64,000 nt of DNA from Blepharisma stoltei ATCC 30299 (lineage: Eukaryota; Protista; Ciliophora), in contig CBFDEM010000005.1 in NCBI GenBank assembly GCA_965603825.1, positions 496,001 to 560,000 of the forward strand, written 5' to 3'. Every line of letters starts with the position of its first letter. Within the stretch, counting starts at the first letter, position 1. Shown piece after piece: positions 12,925-25,285 of the stretch. The notes beneath the pieces are model-generated. The model did no database searches and was not told where the DNA came from. It saw only the letters and a program-made list of their open reading frames with translations. The position numbers and the translations under genes are program-made.

Positions 12925-14394
12925 GCTAAACAAATATGAAATTCATAGCATTTTATATGGATTGGTCTCTTGCATTTCGCGCAGCAATTATAAGCTGTCG
13001 TATTATGATTTCCCGTTTCTCTACAATAGCTGCAAGCCTGTGGTCTTATTTTCTCAAAAGTAGATTGCTTTGCTATTTCTTTAGGGTTTGATTCTGGCTT
13101 TTTTTCTATCATATGAATGAGCTGGGTTGCTAATGTTCTTTGAAATATGTCAAATGTCATATTCGCAGCAAATCCTCTTTCGGCATAGTGCTTATAAATG
13201 ATAAAAGAATTTGCTATTGCGATTTCTAGCATGTAAACAAAGCTTGCCTTCCATCATCTTTTGGATCTTCTAGCTGTTGAGTATGGCTTAGTAAGCTTAT
13301 CGAAATACTCTGAGCCACCCATTCCCAGCTCATATTTTAAGCAAAGGACTGGCTTTTCTGTCATAACTTTGGTGCCTAATTTGTTAAATCGCTTTACATT
13401 ATCTTTTTGAGTTCCTTCTATATTTGAGAAGAAGTAATATGGTTGTTTCTCATATAAAGCACAAAATAATAAGCTTCCTTTTAAAAAGAACTGAACTGGG
13501 TTTTTCTTGTTTATTTCAGCTCTTGGAGCCTCTTTTATGTTTTTCTCAATTCTTCCAGTTGTTGAAAACCCTAAATCTGATAAAACATTGAGCAAGTCAA
13601 GGTTTCGACATATTTTATCAAAAAGTACATAATATTTATTCGCATTCTCATTCAAAGATTTCAGCAGACCAATCGGGGCGTAAGTAGAAAGATTTTTTCA
13701 CACTCCTTTTTTCTTATAGGGATAGATCTCAAAATTTCACATATATCCTGTAGCAGAATCGTACAAGCCACAAACTTTAAAATCTCATTTTGCAGGTTCA
13801 TTTGGAATGTATTTAGCTGGAGGATTCTTGTTTTTATATTTTATATACAGGCTCTAATTTGTTTATCCCATCCTTAAAATGTGTTGAAGATAATCTAAGC
13901 ATAAGTTGAATACCTTTGTATCTAGAAGAACTCATTATGGAAGAAATCACTGGATTGCGAAAGAGCGGGTCTTTGGATCAATAGTCTGTTTCTTTTGGAG
14001 TACTTACAAGACCTGTCATTATGATGACTGCTAGTCAGTTTTCAAACTCAAGTTTTGTTAATGGGGTCAGATCTTTGATTTTGTACCATGGATTTGGCTT
14101 GGCACGCATTTTTTCTGCGATAAAGTTGGAATTTTTTATGATTTCATTCATAATGTTGTCTTCGAAAAAGCCCCTGAAAATATCTAATGGAGAAATTGTG
14201 GTAAATTGAGAAATATTCGGATATGGATCCATAGGCGGAATAGTATCTTCTCTGCCATATTCTGCAATTTCAATTCAGTCGTTTCCATCTTCAAAAAATT
14301 CATTAGAATAATTAGTTTCTTTTATTTCCTCTTCAGATGAGGATGTGCCTTCTGAGGACTCACTAGAAATTACTTCAATTAAATCATTTTCCAT
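12921..14394 (-). mobile_element. Degenerate piggyBac-family (DDE_Tnp_1_7, PiggyMac-like) transposase gene with internal deletion and frameshift
   Basis: With TGA=Trp: acidic N-terminus from ATG 14394, then DYWSKDP..MSSSRY, YIPNEPAKWDFK..DSATGYMWNFEIY, YYVLFD, YELGMGGSEYFDK, RWWK..LEIAIANSFIIY, and a C-terminal CxxC..CxxC..H..C..H domain. Frameshift near 13835-13848, where the IDE motif region is absent. Confidence 0.85.
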
Positions 14395-14543
14395 TGTTTA
14401 TTATTATGTGATTTTTTAAATTTCAGTTAATTTACTTTAATTTCTTATCTTATTTTCTTCTTAATTCAGTCCATTTATTTCAACGCAAACAGTTATCTTT
14501 GCTATCTCTTTACAACTATATTCATAAAAATTGATCAGCTTAA

Positions 14544-15008
14544 TTATTTTTTCTTCCTCCTAGACTGCACAAGCTCGAATCCATCTTCATCAACTGTTGG
14601 CACCAATTCAGGTGGTTCAATTTCAGCATTCTGCATCATGTGTGTGACTTCTTCAACTTCGTTGATTTTCTTGCATTCCTCCACACTTGATTTTTTAAGC
14701 CTCCTGAGTCTGTCTAACTCAATTGAGTCTCCAGATCTCGATTGATTATAAACAGCCAAGAAAATTCTTGCAAGCTCCCTTGCACTGTCATCTTCTAAAA
14801 TCACTGAAAATTTTTCTTCCATAAATTCGTCTAATAAGTCTTCAATATCTTCTTCTTCAACTTGGTAATGAACAATTGTGTCGGTTAACTGAGCCATAAA
14901 AGCCTCTTTGTTGCTTGGATCTCCCCAGCCATGGTCTAGAGCGAGATTCATAGCAGTCCAGTTGTCAAAACAAAGCCTGATTGCTTCTGCGACCTGGCTT
15001 TCTGCCAT
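14544..15008 (-). CDS. TSR2: Pre-rRNA-processing protein TSR2
   Basis: WTAMNLALDHGWG (WGG domain), LEDDS and C-terminal DEDGFELV..RR. Confidence 0.9.
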   Translation of the reverse strand: MAESQVAEAIRLCFDNWTAMNLALDHGWGDPSNKEAFMAQLTDTIVHYQVEEEDIEDLLDEFMEEKFSVILEDDSARELARIFLAVYNQSRSGDSIELDRLRRLKKSSVEECKKINEVEEVTHMMQNAEIEPPELVPTVDEDGFELVQSRRKKK

Positions 15009-15019
15009 TTTTAAAGGAA

Positions 15020-16051
15020 TTAGTCTGAATAAATTATTGCTAGAGTACTAAATGCAGCTAAAACTAGTCCAAGGCCAATTGTTTTTACTTCATCAGCTTT
15101 ATCGTGCCTGAAAACTTCTTCGATTTCATTGTTATAAAGCACAGCTGGAGAACTAAATAAGATTTACTCTTTTGGAATCGGTTTTGTGCCTTCCTTAATC
15201 AGCTCTCTTGGTGGATATTTTTTCATTAAATTGTAGCTTTGAGTACAAATTTTGTCTATATCTAAGCTATCGACAATTTCTTCACAGCGGTGGTGGAGTT
15301 CATGTATTTCATTAGTTTCCATAACAATCTCCTTCTGCGATAAAACAATATTTACTGCAAAATATAAAGGTGCCAATGAATGGGTGCTTAAGAAAAAATC
15401 ATAGACTCTGCAGACCTTACTATATTCTTTGATATCATGTCCAAGTCACGCTATAACCCAAGACAGACAGAACATAGGGACACTTAACTCATCTTCAAAC
15501 CTGTAGTATCCTTCTATTTTATCCGCTAACTCTTTATCTAATTTCCTAAGGAGGGTATAGAAAAGCATCAGTGAAGGCACTAGAGCCTCGTCAAAACTTT
15601 TCCTCAAGGAGTCTCTGACGAAGAGCTGGGCACATTGATAGCTCATTTTAAAGCCTAAATCCTGATCACCCACTAGCAAAAAGGTAGTGCACAAAGAATG
15701 AAAGCCTTGAGAATAGTGAAATTCTGGCTTGAACTTAAAGACTGCGTTAATTATATTGGACAGGTCAACTCTCTTAGCGATTCTTTCTTCTTCAGTATAA
15801 GCATCGGTCAGATCTAGCCCAAATAAAGATCGATTTACATCGAGACCTATTATATCTGAGTCTTTACATTTTATTTCTCCTGTGCTCCAATTTGACATGA
15901 AATTTGTTGAATCATATATCTTTAAAAGAAGAGGCCAAACTTTTTGGCGGTTTTCATTTGTTTTAAGCCCTTCATCAATGCAGATCTTTTTAAGCCTAAC
16001 TATATTTCTTCCTGCTACGGCACGATCAAGGATTGCTTGAGAGTCTGCCAT
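15020..16051 (-). CDS. TBC-domain Rab GAP, TBC1D20/Gyp8-like, with C-terminal TM anchor
   Basis: RQKVWPLLL, LDVNRS, YSQGFH, (W)LGHD..RVYDFFL. TGA at 15446 and intron 15153-15167; hydrophobic tail before TAA at 15020. Confidence 0.88.
15153..15167 (-). other. 15-nt intron GTAAATCTTATTTAG
   Basis: Removes an in-frame TAA and opens a C-terminal exon encoding a TM segment. Confidence 0.85.
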
Positions 16052-16067
16052 TTATAAAATTAATCTC

Positions 16068-19000
16068 TTAGAATTTATATATTAAGACTTCGCTATTTGC
16101 TGCTGAAAAAGCTCCATTTGGCATAAACCCGACTTTGATAACTTGACCGCTATTTCCTGATATTTCTTGAGTTTCCTCAGTATTTTGGCTATAAAGAAGC
16201 ACTTTATTATCGGAGCATCCAATAATCATACAGCCCATTGATTGATTAACATCTAATGAAATAGGGAAATGGCTAAGTACAATTCTCCTTGTGGTTTGAT
16301 GAATTAGGAAATTTCTTATAAGGATATATTGAAGTGTAGATGCTATACAAGCCACATTTTCCTCATCTAAAAAGACAGCTGAACTATGTATTTGATTAAG
16401 CTGCTTGTAAATTTTATATGTCGAATTCAATGACTCTTCAGTATTATCAATATCCAGCCCATGAGGATTTTCAAAAACATTATAAATATCAACAATTTTT
16501 TCATAGTCCCATACGCTAATTTTCCCACTATCAGCCGCAGCTGCCAAAAATCCTTCATTCCAGTCGAGTGATAAGGGTTTTCCTCCAGCCATCCCTACCT
16601 CTTCACTGTTTAATGTTAATCGATTCCAATTCTCTGAACTCAACATTAAAACTACCCCAGTTTCAGATGCTACGAATAGCCTCGATTCATTTTTCCAGCA
16701 AATAGCTGAAACTCTGGATTTGAAAGGCTGGCTTTTCCCAACGCTTTTTAGCAAGTTTGTGCTGAAAAATTGCAAAGAACCATCAGAAAAGCCAGCAACA
16801 AAGATCTCATTATTTGGGCTAAAAGCTAACGACGTGCAAGGCAGCTTGATATCATATTGAGTTATTTGGGAAAATGTTTCAGTATCCCATAGTCTGATTG
16901 TATTGTCAGAAGCTGTAGAAATTATCATGGAATCAGCAACAACCGCTTGCAGCTGGCTATCATATAGGTGGCTGCTTACAATTCGGGCTGATTCTTTTTC
17001 TTTTCAATTGATATACCAAATAGTTCCTGAGGTGGTTGCAGCAATTCCTTCATGGCCTGCTGGCTCAAAACTAAGTGACTTTATATACCCATCCATAACA
17101 ATCACTTCGGCTTGTCCTACAAATGAATTTGAGCTCTGTCTCCAGCTCATCAAATGGTTAGAATTTCCACCTATAGTTGTCCTTTCACTACCTACTGCTA
17201 TCGAGCTTACTTCATTTCCTAACAAAAAGTGAGTGGAAATCTGATTGCAAGTAATCAGATCCCACACAATTAATTTTCCGTCTCCAGTTCCGACTGAAAC
17301 TAAGTCTCCATATATATCCAATGATGTATAATCGTATATCATCGAGCTTAGCTTCCTGAACTGCAAATCAAACTGCGAAGTCAGACACCATTGAGTCACT
17401 TCTTGTCCTGCTGTCACAAACTCATAAGAATTGAGCTTTCACTTAGCCATGCATGCTGGGCTTTCTAGCAAAGCTGTAGAAATGACTCTCCCTGAAGAAA
17501 TTTCCCAGATCACAACTATAGGCTCTTCTTGGACACCTAGAGATAATAAATATTTCCCATCACTAGAAAAGGAGAGATGAGAAACCCCTTTTTCATGAAA
17601 AGTCAAGGACTTTAAGAGCTTCTGAGTTGAAGAATCCCAAACCAAAATTGGAGAGTTTATAGGGGAGGATGATCCAGCTACAATTAAAGAGGAGTCAGGA
17701 GAAATTGCTAGTGTGGTGAGTTCTGGGCCTGACGAAAAGAAAATTTTTTGGATGCCATTTTCTCGTAATAAGGTTTGGATTATTTTCTGGCCTGAAGGAT
17801 AAGCAAACCACCCCTGTTCTGAAGCCCAAATTAAGTTGTTGCTAGTTGTTGCGTTGTACCCAATTACTCTGTCAAGCTTTAGCTTATAGGCTTCACAGCT
17901 CAAAGAAGGGGTTTCGTGCTTTGGGGACTCACTTATTTGAGGCTCTATAGGATTTTCTTCATAAGCCTCTTCATTTTCTATAAAATCTTCATTAATTTCA
18001 GCTTCTTCAGGCATTTGCTCAGCTAAAATTTCGTTTTCTTCAATATTTTCTTCATAAACAGCATCTTCTATATCCCCTCTGAACTCCCAAATAAATATCC
18101 CATCATTTCCTAATGCAGAAGAAATTACTAATTTTCTGTCATTAGACCACATTAAGCTCGTAATTTTATTAGAATGGCCAATAAATGCTTGCCCAACTGT
18201 TTCTTTAGGCTTCATTCTATAGTCCCACACTCTTAAAAACTTGTCACTTCCTCCAGTGACTAAATACTTTGTATTTTCTGAGACCATCATTTTGGAAATT
18301 TCTGAGTTAGGATGAATATTTTCTAACTCTCTCACAGGAACAGCTTCATTTTCTTTCAAGTTATAATATTTGACCTTATAATTTGATTTATAACAAATCA
18401 ATAAGAATTGCTTTCCATTTGGCGAATACATAATCTGACTCACGCTCGCAGCAGAATTTATCATATACTTCTTTTTCATGCTTGCGCAGTCCCAAAAAGC
18501 TACATTTGTCTTATTACTTCCCAGAACTGCAAACTGTTCTGAGTTTGGGGCAAAGCAAATATCAATAAATTCCCCTTTATTCTCAACTGGGATCGTTTTT
18601 AGGGCTTGGTATCCTCTGCCAGCCTCGTAAAAACAGACAATCCCATCATCACTGGCACTTAGCATGTATTTTCCATCTTTAGAATGAGTGACTTTAACAA
18701 TTTTTCCTTCATGGTTTAAAAACTCGCTTTTAACAGCTGTGTTTTCTACTTCAAATATCCTTATTGTTCCGCTCTCAAAGCCACAAGCAAAGTTATTAAG
18801 TACTGGATGAAAAGAAAGTGTTATAGGGGCATCCTCTATTGAGGTAAACTCATAAAGCTCTTCAAAAGTTTCAGGGGTCCAGACACGAATGGTTCTATCT
18901 TCGCTTGCAGTTAAAATACTGCCGAACTTTGGATGGACGTCTAATGCTACTATATTAGATGTATGCGACCTTAATAAAGTTTTATATGCATTGGTAGTCA

Positions 19001-20933
19001 TTCCGAGAATTCCAACTGTGCAGTTAGAAGTACCACAGACAACATGTAATCCGTCAGAACTTATATCGACTGCTGTAACTGTGTCTTCATGATGGGCTTC
19101 TAAATAAAATTCAGAAAAATCGAGAGGCCAGACTCTCATATAGCAATCCTTACTGCCTGTGACACAAAAGCCTTCACTTACAACGATTGAGTGGATTCCT
19201 GCGTCATGAAGCTGTAAAACACCTTCAAGCTCTAAAGTTCTGTAGTTAATTTGGAACAGCAGCCCTTGGTTATTGACAACAAAAACCCTCTTTAAATGCT
19301 CATCAATTATTTCAGATTTTGCACTTGATGTGAAAATTTCAAAGCTCAGGTCCAGAAATTCAGTTGATTTAGCGTGATGGTTAAGAACAACAGCTCCTCC
19401 TGATAGCCGATCTCCATTGATTCGCCATGATCTAATATTTTCTTTTCCGCATGACATTAGCTTTGAAGTGTCTATAGGTGAAAATTTTATAGTATTTATA
19501 TGGTAATTTGAGGTTTGTTTTATAAGTAGCTCAGCTTTTCCGGGGTTAGTAATATCCCATATTAAAATTTCATCTTTAATTAAACTGTCAGTACCTGCTG
19601 TTACCAGGTAGTGGGAATCTGTGCTGATATCAATAGCTTTGACATTGTTTAGCTTTGCAAGGGAAATATAAGATGGAGGTCTTCGGGTTTTTATTTGCCA
19701 GATCAGAATTAACGGGTTCGGGCTGTCTTGGCCTGAAGCAATCAAAGTGCCATCAGAACTTAAAGCTAAGCATACAACTGGGGATGTGTGTGCAAATAAA
19801 AACTGTTGCTTTTGGGTAACTGGGTTTATGAGGACAAGAGCGCATCCTGAAGGGTAGATTAAATATTTGGAAGATCCTTGGGTAAACTCTGGTGGATAAG
19901 CACTAAAGTCACTTTGAGGGCGTGTCCATTTAACATTTCCAGGCTTTCCGCCTGAATAACCAATAATATGAGTTAACCCCATTATTGGATCAGGCAATAG
20001 AGGATTTTCTATATCTTTGACTACTGGAGCTTCTACAATCCTTACTTCTTTTATCCTCTTTTGATTAAACGAATCACTTTTAATGCTTTCTCTAGTAAAA
20101 GACTCTCGCTTCTCTTCTTCAGTTGATATCCTTTTTGAGCTCTCAGAAGCATTTTCACGAATTCCCTCAGAAAATCCATTTGACTGTTTATTTTCTTCAT
20201 CATTTCTAGGTTCCTTTTTACCTTTGCTGACTTGTTTTTTCTCTTTTCTATTAACTTTGTTGTCTTCTTTTTTATTCTTCTTGAATCCTTCTCTTTCTTC
20301 AATATCTGGGAAAGAAATTCAGTCATAGACATTTTCCCACCTTTCTTCTCGTGAAAGCTTTAGCATCATTTCTCTTGGCAAGGTATTGTGATTATATAAA
20401 ATTTCTGAAGTGTAAATTCCTCTTACAAACATATTTGAGCACAAGTTTATTGCTTTTAAAGCATGACTAATAATCCACGGGCCTAAATATTGATCAAAAA
20501 TTGCTTTCGCGTCTATGCAAGCCACAAATCATTTTTCATTAGGAAAGCAGGTGAGCTGCAAACCTGATGAAGTTAGCTTGCTTTCTTTGTAAATGTTGCT
20601 AATCGAAATCCTAAATGGCTCTTCAGCTTTAGTTTTCGAATTGCTTAAAACAAGCTCAAAGTGCATTGAAAAGAACTTATTAGGCGGCACTTGCAGTTGA
20701 GCATAGATATAACGGCCAGTAAGTCCTAAAGTTTTCAGATGAGATCTTTGTTTTGGGATTTGAATATTGTTGGCGGCTGAGATTGATCCAAAAAGTCTGA
20801 AAACTCTTTTTCCTGTGATTCTATCTAGCACTTCAGTGACATCTCCTTCTTTTTGAGTATTTTTCCATTCGCTGATATTAGTAAACTTGAATACATCGAC
20901 AAATGGATGCTGCCATAGCTCGCTTGACTTCAT
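16068..20933 (-). CDS. WDR90: WDR90/POC16-like centriolar protein (CFA20/DUF667 domain plus many WD40 repeats), about 1620 aa
   Basis: Five ORF pieces in one frame joined by TGA=Trp. N-terminal LWQHPFVDVFK and many WD40 repeats (e.g. RVWPLDFSEFYLEA). Confidence 0.88.
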
Positions 20934-21263
20934 ATCAAAATTTATTGAAAATGCTAATAAATAATGGAAGTCTTTATTTAAATTTTAATAGGGTTAATGA
21001 ATGTAAATGTAAAGCAGCTTCTATAGCTATAAATCAATTTTAAAAAATGATTTAATTTAAAGCATTTATTTGTGAATTCGAAAAATAAATATTTAAATAT
21101 TAATTAGATTTAAGCTAAATGAAGCATCATAAATTAAAAAATTAGCATATAGATATATTAAAAAGATTTTAAAACATATTTCAAATTCCATAATTATAAT
21201 CCATTGATTTCAGATCCATATTTTCTGCATGGCATATATCTTAATCTGACTCATAAACAAAAA

Positions 21264-21851
21264 ATGGCTTATCAAAAATCTGGCAGTCTTATCATCCGTC
21301 CAATAAGTGCTAAGCTAGACAGAGACGTTGAAGCTTTAACCACAATGGATCCATATGTATTCATAAAAATTGGAAACCAAGAAATGAAATCTAGAGTTTG
21401 TGCTGATGGTGGAAAACAACCAAACTGGGAAGATCAGCTTAATTTTGTTATAAGCGGAGAAGATCAAGCTTATATTGGAGTTTGGGATAAGAGAACCCTA
21501 ATGTCTGACTCAGAAGTCGGGAGCAGCATTTTCCCTCTGATAAAATTATTTGACACTAAATATCATGAAGACTGAATTGACTTGTTTTATAATGGCCAAA
21601 AAGCAGGATCTTTAAGACTTTATATGGAGTTTAGACCGACAATACCTGCTGGACAGTCGCAAGGAGAAGGAGTTTTTCAAGGGCAAGGGTTGTCAACTGG
21701 TCAAGGATTTACAGGAGGACAAGGCACTGGAAAGTTAGGGGAAAAAGAAATATATACTGGGGAATTGAAAGGCCAAAACTTAGGGACGCAGCAAGGCCAA
21801 TACAACTATCCTTCAGGAACATCACAAAACTACCCTCCTAGTGGCTATTAA
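21264..21851 (+). CDS. C2-domain protein 1, with G/Q/Y-rich tail
   Basis: RPISAKLDRD..MDPYV..GGKQPNW..WDK; TGA at 21573 is the conserved W in EDWI. Confidence 0.88.
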
Positions 21852-21869
21852 TTATATTAACCAATAAAA

Positions 21870-22313
21870 ATGGCAAATCTTCCGTGTTCTGGTACTTTAA
21901 AAGTTGGCCCTTTAATAGCAGAAATTATAAAAACAGATTTTACAGCTGAAAGTGATTGCTTTTGCAAAATTATCCTTGGAAATCACTTTTACCGCACAGG
22001 AATCTGTAAAGGCTGTGGCAGAAAACCTAAATGAGATGATAAATTTGAAATCTTTATAAGTGAAAAAGATAAATCAATGTTAATTGAGCTATGGGAGCAT
22101 TCCCTTGAATTCTCTGAAGAAATTATCGGCAAGGTAAATATCTACTTATCAGAGCTTCATATATTGAACCAAAGCATTGAAAATTGGTTTGATATTAAGA
22201 TAGAAACAAATATTTTTGGAAGAATTCAAATAAAAATTGAGCTTGAAGAAGGAGAAAAACAGAAAAACCAAACTGAACCTCAAAAAGAGATACAAACTGC
22301 ATGAAATTTGTAA
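21870..22313 (+). CDS. C2-domain protein 2 (divergent, Ca-binding Asp residues mostly lost)
   Basis: ATG at 21870: MANLPCSGTLKVGPLIAE...GRKPK(W)DD..IELWEH..ENWF. TAA at 22311-22313. Confidence 0.75.
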
Positions 22314-22502
22314 GAATTATATACAAATAATTATTTTATTAAAGTTAGTTAATAAAAAATAGTTCTTTAGCTCAAGGATTTTCGATTTTCATTCTTATTC
22401 TCGAATTGAGAAATGGATCACATTAATCTGCTGATCAGAATGCTAGTTGCTTAACAAAATTTTCCATTTTTGTGGCTATTATTTCTGTAATATACATATT
22501 TA

Positions 22503-25139
22503 ATGGCTAATTTTCATCCCGGTACAGTTTGCATCCGACCTATAAGTGCTAAAATTACAAGAGACACAGCGACAATAAGAATGGACCCATATTGCGTCTT
22601 GAAGTTGGGAAATTTTGAGCTACAAACAGTCGAGCACAGAGGAGCTGACAAGCTTCCATCATGGAAAGAAGAATTGACTTTTAATGTCTTGCCTGGAGAT
22701 GATCTGCTACAAATAACACTTTGGGATAAAAATACACTTTCAAAGGATAGAAAAATTGGATCTGCAAGTTTTCCATTATTTGAGCTTTTTTCCAAAAGAT
22801 TTATAGAAGATTGGGTTGAGCTAATGTTTGAAGGAAAGAGTGCTGGACATATAAAACTTCAAATGACTTTTCAGCCTGAATGGGAACAACAAAAAATAAG
22901 CGAGGGTGAAAGACTAGAAGAGAAGGCAGAGCTGCAAAAAGAGCAAGCTCAACCTGAAATATCAGGCCAAAGATTGAAAGAATACCCAGCTTATCAAGAA
23001 AGTGGCATTCGAAGAGAAGAAGTGAAGCCAGAACTTTATAATCAAGAAGAGTTTCCTCAAGAAAAAAAAATTTTTAGTGTGGAGCCTGGCTCGGAATACC
23101 AAAAGGAATACCCTCAAGAATCTCAGTACCAGCAAAAACAAGAAATCCCTATACATGAAAGAAAAGGATACTCTGAAGAGCTTCAGCAGAACGTGCAGTA
23201 CTCAAAGGAATTCCAACAAAGACAAGAGATCCCATCATATGAGAGGAAAGGGTACACTGAAGAGCTTAGGCATGAAAAACAGCCCCCTCAAGAATCCCAG
23301 TACCAGCAAAAGCAAGAATTCCCTATACATGAAAGAAAAGGGTACACTGAAGAACTTGGGCATACAAAAAAACACCAGCAAGAAGAATCTCAGCAGCATC
23401 TCCAAAAAGAAGATTTTCCTAAACAAGAAAGAAAAGTATACAGCGAAGAGCCTAGGCCTGAGTATGTGTATAAGCAGTATCCCCAGCAAGGAGTTCCTCA
23501 GCAAGAAAAAAAATTATATAAAGAAGAGCCACTTGCAAAAACTTGAAAATATGAAGAGATTGAAAAGCCAAAAGAGCACGATGAAAAAGAGGAAGAAAGA
23601 AGAGAAGGGATTGCACAAAAAGGAGAGCTCAAAGAGTTTCCTAAAGAACCTTCCAAGCCTGAAATATTGAAGCATACAATCGAGAAAGAGACATATATAT
23701 TCTCAAAACAACCTAAAGAAGAAGCTGAAAGGCCTATAATTCAACGTGAAAAAGTATATGATCAACAATTATCAAAAGAACAAGTGCAACAGCTAGAAGC
23801 TCAGCAAGAAAAGCTATATGAGCAAAAACCATCGCATGAAATAAAACTTCCCGCTTTTCAACACGAGCAAATGCCAGCACAAGAATCGGCACAGCCCATT
23901 TATCAAGAAAAAATGCATGAAGAGAAGCCAATCAAAAAAGAAAAGAAGCATAAAGAAAAGTTACCCAAAGAAGAAAAGTTGCACACAGGAGAAAAAATGT
24001 CAAAAGAAGAGAAATTGCACAAAAAAGAAAAAGTCCCGAAAGAAGAGAAATTGCATAAAGTAAAAGTTCCAAAAGAAGAAAAGGTACAAAAAGGAGAAAA
24101 AATACATAAAGAGAAGAAAGCTCCAAAAGAAGAAAAGGAAAAAAAGGCTCATAAAAAAATACCCAAAGAGGAAAGTCAGCCTGAAGAGAGGGAAAGAGTG
24201 GAATTTCAAGAACGACAACCAAGAAAAGAAATGGAATTTCAAGAGCGTCAGCCCAAAGTAGCTTTTAAATCTCATGAAGTTCAGCCAGGACAAGAAATGG
24301 AGTACAGAAAGCAACCCAGAGAAGAATTCCAACCTCATGAAGCAGGCTATAGAAAAGGAATGGAATTCCAAGAGCATCCGAAAGAAGAGATCCACAGAGA
24401 AGGTATGAAATACCGAGAGCAGCCTAAAGAGCAATACAAACCTCAAGAAGTATCCAGCGAAGAAGCTCATCAGCCTCTTTATTTTCAATATGGGATGATT
24501 TATATCCGTCCTCTTAGCGCCAAAATCACTCGAGATGTAGCAGCTGAAATAATGGACCCTTACTGTGTTTTCCGTATCAGTGACGCTGAAAGAGTCTCAG
24601 AAGAGAGTAGGTCAGGAGACAAAAACCCAATTTGGAACGAGCAATTGCCATTCTTTGTAGGGCCAGGAGACTTTTATTTGACAGTTACCTTGAAAGATAG
24701 AAAAGCGCTTCAAAAGGATAAAATCATTGGAAGTGCAGCTTTGCCACTCTTTAAACTTTATGCTGATAAATTAGTAGAAGACTGGATAGAGCTAAAATAT
24801 GAAGGACAGTCATCTGGCCATATAAAAGTAAATATGATGTTTTATCCTAATGAAAAGCCCGAATCAATAAAAGAAGCCTCTGCTACGAAAGAAATGTCAG
24901 ACCAACAAACTGGAGAAGTCAAAAGAGATGTATTTGAAGGCCAGCAGTCTGCAGGACTTAAGAAAGATATACAAGAAGGAGTATTTAGAGAACAGAAAGG
25001 GCCAATTAAAGAAGGAGCAGTAGGTGAACAATACACTGGCTTAAAAGAAAAGCATCAGGAAAAAGAAATATATCAGCATTCTCAGAAAGAAAAGCCTAAA
25101 GAACATAAAACGACTCAGTATGAGCAGAAAATTCTTTAA
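22503..25139 (+). CDS. C2-domain protein 3: two C2 domains flanking a long Q/E/K-rich repetitive linker
   Basis: Two ORFs in one frame joined by TGA at 23544; both ends carry RPxSAKITRD..MDPYC..PxW..EDW. Confidence 0.88.
23111..24150 (+). repeat. Intragenic degenerate tandem repeats (QESQYQQKQEIPIHERKGYxEEL units; KEEKLH units)
   Basis: Near-identical about 70-nt blocks start at 23111 and 23285; KEEKLHxxEK repeats at about 23967-24150. Confidence 0.75.
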
Positions 25140-25285
25140 TCCTTAATTAATTAATTTTTATTAAATATAATAGTAATATTTGAAAAATTGATTGATCTGG
25201 AATTTTGAACGATGATTTTAAAATATAAATTAATGACAGAATTTTCTGCCAATTTTCATCCTATTAATGGCCATAAATAATAAAA

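Noticed and set aside
13827-13848. 22-nt GT...AG intron that would repair the transposase frameshift
   Set aside because: The length does not match the 15-nt class seen in all other introns here, and splicing would remove conserved residues without restoring the missing Asp.
23111-23360. CRISPR-like or non-coding repeat array
   Set aside because: The repeats are degenerate, in frame and coding, with no constant-repeat/unique-spacer structure.
22962-24488. Multiple antisense and alternate-frame ORFs (F/L-rich or K-rich)
   Set aside because: Shadows of the purine-rich repetitive C2 linker.
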